Assembly: GCA_951406725.2 (NCBI GenBank)
Contig: OX597822.1
Coordinates: 81,902,001-81,966,000 of the forward strand
Source of the DNA: Octopus vulgaris
Lineage: Eukaryota
Direction: 5' to 3'
DNA: 64,000 nucleotides
Of the stretch, positions 61,041 through 64,000 are shown in pieces. The notes under the pieces were generated by a model. The model was not told where the DNA came from, searched no databases, and worked only from the letters and a program-made list of their open reading frames with translations. The position numbers and the translations under genes were made by a program. The number at the start of each line of letters is the position of its first letter. The stretch's first letter is position 1.

Positions 61041-63617
61041 ATAATTGTTTCTTGAAGGCAGCAGAATCATTAGCATGCTGGCCAGAATTTTGTTGTTTTG
61101 TTGTCTCTATGGTCTGAGTTCAAATTCTGCCAAGGTCGACTTTGCCTTCCATCTGTTCAGGAGTCTATGAAATAAGTCCCATTTAAGCACTAGGATTAAT
61201 GTCATCAACCAGCTCCCTCCTTTAAAAATTTTCACACCATTTTACTTATGAGAAAGGATAATTAATGTTTTCATGTTTGTGTATTGTTTAATTAATCTAA
61301 AGAAAAAGAATATAGAATGAACTCTACCTGTACACAAACATCTTAGGACTCATTGAAATATGAAATGGCCCAGTCCACTGTAGTGGGTGCCACAGGTTAG
61401 GAACAATATGTGGCTGTAATCTGCCATACTGCTATAAAACTGACAAATGCATCAACTACTTGTGGTGCAAAGTTCAACCCCTCCTGTAGCTGACTTGTCT
61501 AAATATATATACTACAGGTCTGTTAAAATGTTCTGCTGTGACCTTTATAACCGATCCAATTGGTTATGAGCTCATTGACTGCTCTTTCTAGCAGATTAAG
61601 TGACCACATAGAGCAATGATATTTAATCTACACTAAAAGTGTTACAGAACACCACCAGCTTCTGAAAGGTGTTGTTGTTATATAAAGTAAGTCTTAAAAT
61701 TGTTTTAAATTGAAGATTAGTGCATGTGTTGCATTCTGCTGTCATTGCATTAAAAAAGCACCAAAGTATTTTCTGACTCATCTCAAGAACTTGCAACACA
61801 CTGTGATGGAAAACTTTTCGCATATTGAGGGGTCCTTTTTGGCTGGTGGTGGTGGTGGTGGTAGTGGTTGTGGCAGTGGCATTTTCTTTTTTCCTTTCTT
61901 GGTGGAGTAGCAATGCATCAGCTTATCTTAATGAAGGAGACACCACCTGTTGATAGCAGATAACAGTGTGTGTGTGATTGAAGTGGCTAAATGATGTGGA
62001 CTTTCCACCCATTAATTTAGCTGATTACATTTTATTTTTTTTATTACTATTTTTCTTTAATTAAAATCTTTGGTCTGGATGCAATCACAAGTGTCTCTTC
62101 AAATTCACAAAGATAATTTTTTGCGCTCATTTTATTTTGTTTATTTATATATTTATTCTTTGGTGGCTTTCTTATTTGCTTATTGTTTCTTTTTTTTTTC
62201 TTATTTGCTTCTGGTTGTTGTTGTTGTTATTATGGAAGTGGTACTGTTTGTTGTTGTTTTTCTTGTTGTTATTGTCTTTTCCAAGTTTGTTTTTCTCTTA
62301 CTTTTAATTGTTAATTATAATTTGCTTTCTGTTTTCTCTCCCTCTCTCTCTCTCTCTCTCATTTTCTCACTTTTCCTTCTTGGATTACCTATCTCTCTCT
62401 CTCTTTACTTTTGTATATGTGGGTATGTGTGTGTATTTCATCCAATGACTCAAACATTCTCTCTCACATAATCAGTCCTCTTATCACAATACAACTATTT
62501 TAAAATCAACTTCTAAATTAGAATTAAACCATCCTTACATTTTTTCTGTCTTTAAATACTTTATTTTCCCTAATTTTTTTTTAAACATATTTGTGCATTT
62601 CAAGCTCTGGTTCCCATGATTCTCTAGTTTCATGTCACATCTGTGCAAAAGGTTTGTGTGTGTGTGTGTATGTTGTTTTTTTTTTAAGGAGATGGAGGAC
62701 ATTTGACTTTTCAAAACGACCTCTCTCTCTTTCCCATTATAATATTAAATGAATCTGGTTTTGAATTTACATTTTCAGTGAATCACGGTTTTTATTGAAT
62801 ATAGTTTTGGAGTTTTTTATCCTGCCATTCGACTTTTCCAGAGGTGGTTGTTTGTTTTATTAAGACAATATCTAGGATTACATTATTATCCAGTGTGTCA
62901 GTTGTAAGATTTGACTGTTATTTCTAGCAAATTGAGTGACATGGAAACTACTTTTTTATTCTATCATTTAGTTAGAGAAGAAGGGCAGTGAAAATATGAT
63001 AGAGGAGATGGGAAAGGAGGAAGAGGTAGTAAGAGATGAGAGGAGAAGAGAATGAGTAAATAGAGAGAAGAAGAAAAGGAAGGTGGCTAAGAGGAGATGA
63101 GGGAGAAAATAAATTGGAAAGAGAGAAAGATTGTGGTCATGATGGTGCGGGGTGGGATTAAAGGGTCAATGACCATGAAATTGCACCTAGAAAGTTCCCC
63201 TCCAAGGCACAATTCCAGGCAAGATTATTTTTATGGATGACCAACGGTCACCCATGCATACCAGCCTCGTCTCTCCACGCCACCGATGCTATCCAAGGTA
63301 AAGGGGCCGATACAGCTTGGCACCAGTGGCGTCGCAATTCATTTCTACAATTGAGTGAACTGGAACATCATGAAATAAAGTGTCTTGCTCAAGAACACAA
63401 CACACAGCCCAGTCAAGGAAACAAGGAGCAGAGAAAGAGATGAGAAAGATAGCCGAATAAAGTGAGAGGGAAAACAGAAATGTTTAAAATGAAACAGGTA
63501 TCAGAATAAGTACCAGACTTAAAATTATGTACGGGAGTTGATTTGAGTGACTAAACTCAACACAGAACCCAGAATGGTTGCAGTCCAATGACTGAAACAA
63601 GTGAAAGATAAATATGG

Positions 63618-63720
63618 GGGTAGGAGTGGCTGTGTGGTAAGAAGCTTGCTTCCCGACCACATGGTTCTGGGTTCAGTCCCACTGCGTGGCACCTTGGGCA
63701 AGTGTCTTCTAATATAGCTT
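63618..63720 (+). mobile_element. SINE family A head fragment
   Basis: A/B boxes and CORE-like motif. Confidence 0.8.
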
Positions 63721-64000
63721 TGTAGACTGAGATGATGTCCAACAGCACAAGTAAAATGAAACAAACATCTGACTGGATTTGAACATATTTTTATCATTAT
63801 TACACAGGTACATGCTAATTTAATTAACAAGTTTTTTTATCTTAATGTTTGGTGACAACAAGTCTCCTCGAATCTCAAGAATTTTTTTTAGGATTCTTGC
63901 AGAATATAGAATGGTACATTTCTGCCGGTCGACCATGTGAATTTCAGTTCCAATCTCCCTGAGCCTTTTAGGTAGCATTTTGGGTGCCGTGCCAAGTGTA

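Overview
AT-rich, repeat-dense animal genomic DNA, almost certainly an octopus (inferred from the tRNA-derived SINE families and microsatellite load). It appears to be the 5' part of one + strand gene: an 86-nt exon at 59594-59679 (GVNGFEELRKIVKQGAEFAKDVANIMQER) matches the start of the F-BAR/FCH domain of Nostrin-type proteins. Two things stand out. (1) Across the ~48 kb upstream lie up to six ATG-initiated segments, each ending in a phase-0 GT donor that could splice in frame onto that exon: MDCCM, a 198-aa disordered segment, MYPLP...RRNS, MLVQMVVR, MKMFNPYKYYCK and MWIFSLKGSRFK. This suggests an array of alternative first exons, several in CpG-retaining promoter-like domains. (2) A tRNA(Arg)-headed element carrying a minimal hammerhead ribozyme occurs three times as fold-back insertions at 35.7-40.5 kb, once enclosing a Penelope-like ORF fragment. 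Two more hammerhead variants from other families are also present. The rest is SINEs, RTE/CR1 LINE remnants, hAT/piggyBac/pogo/Merlin-like MITEs, Helitron/Helentron elements and microsatellites. Nearly all ORFs in the supplied track are spurious. Repeat boundaries were read by eye and are approximate; family names come from recalled motifs, not database searches.
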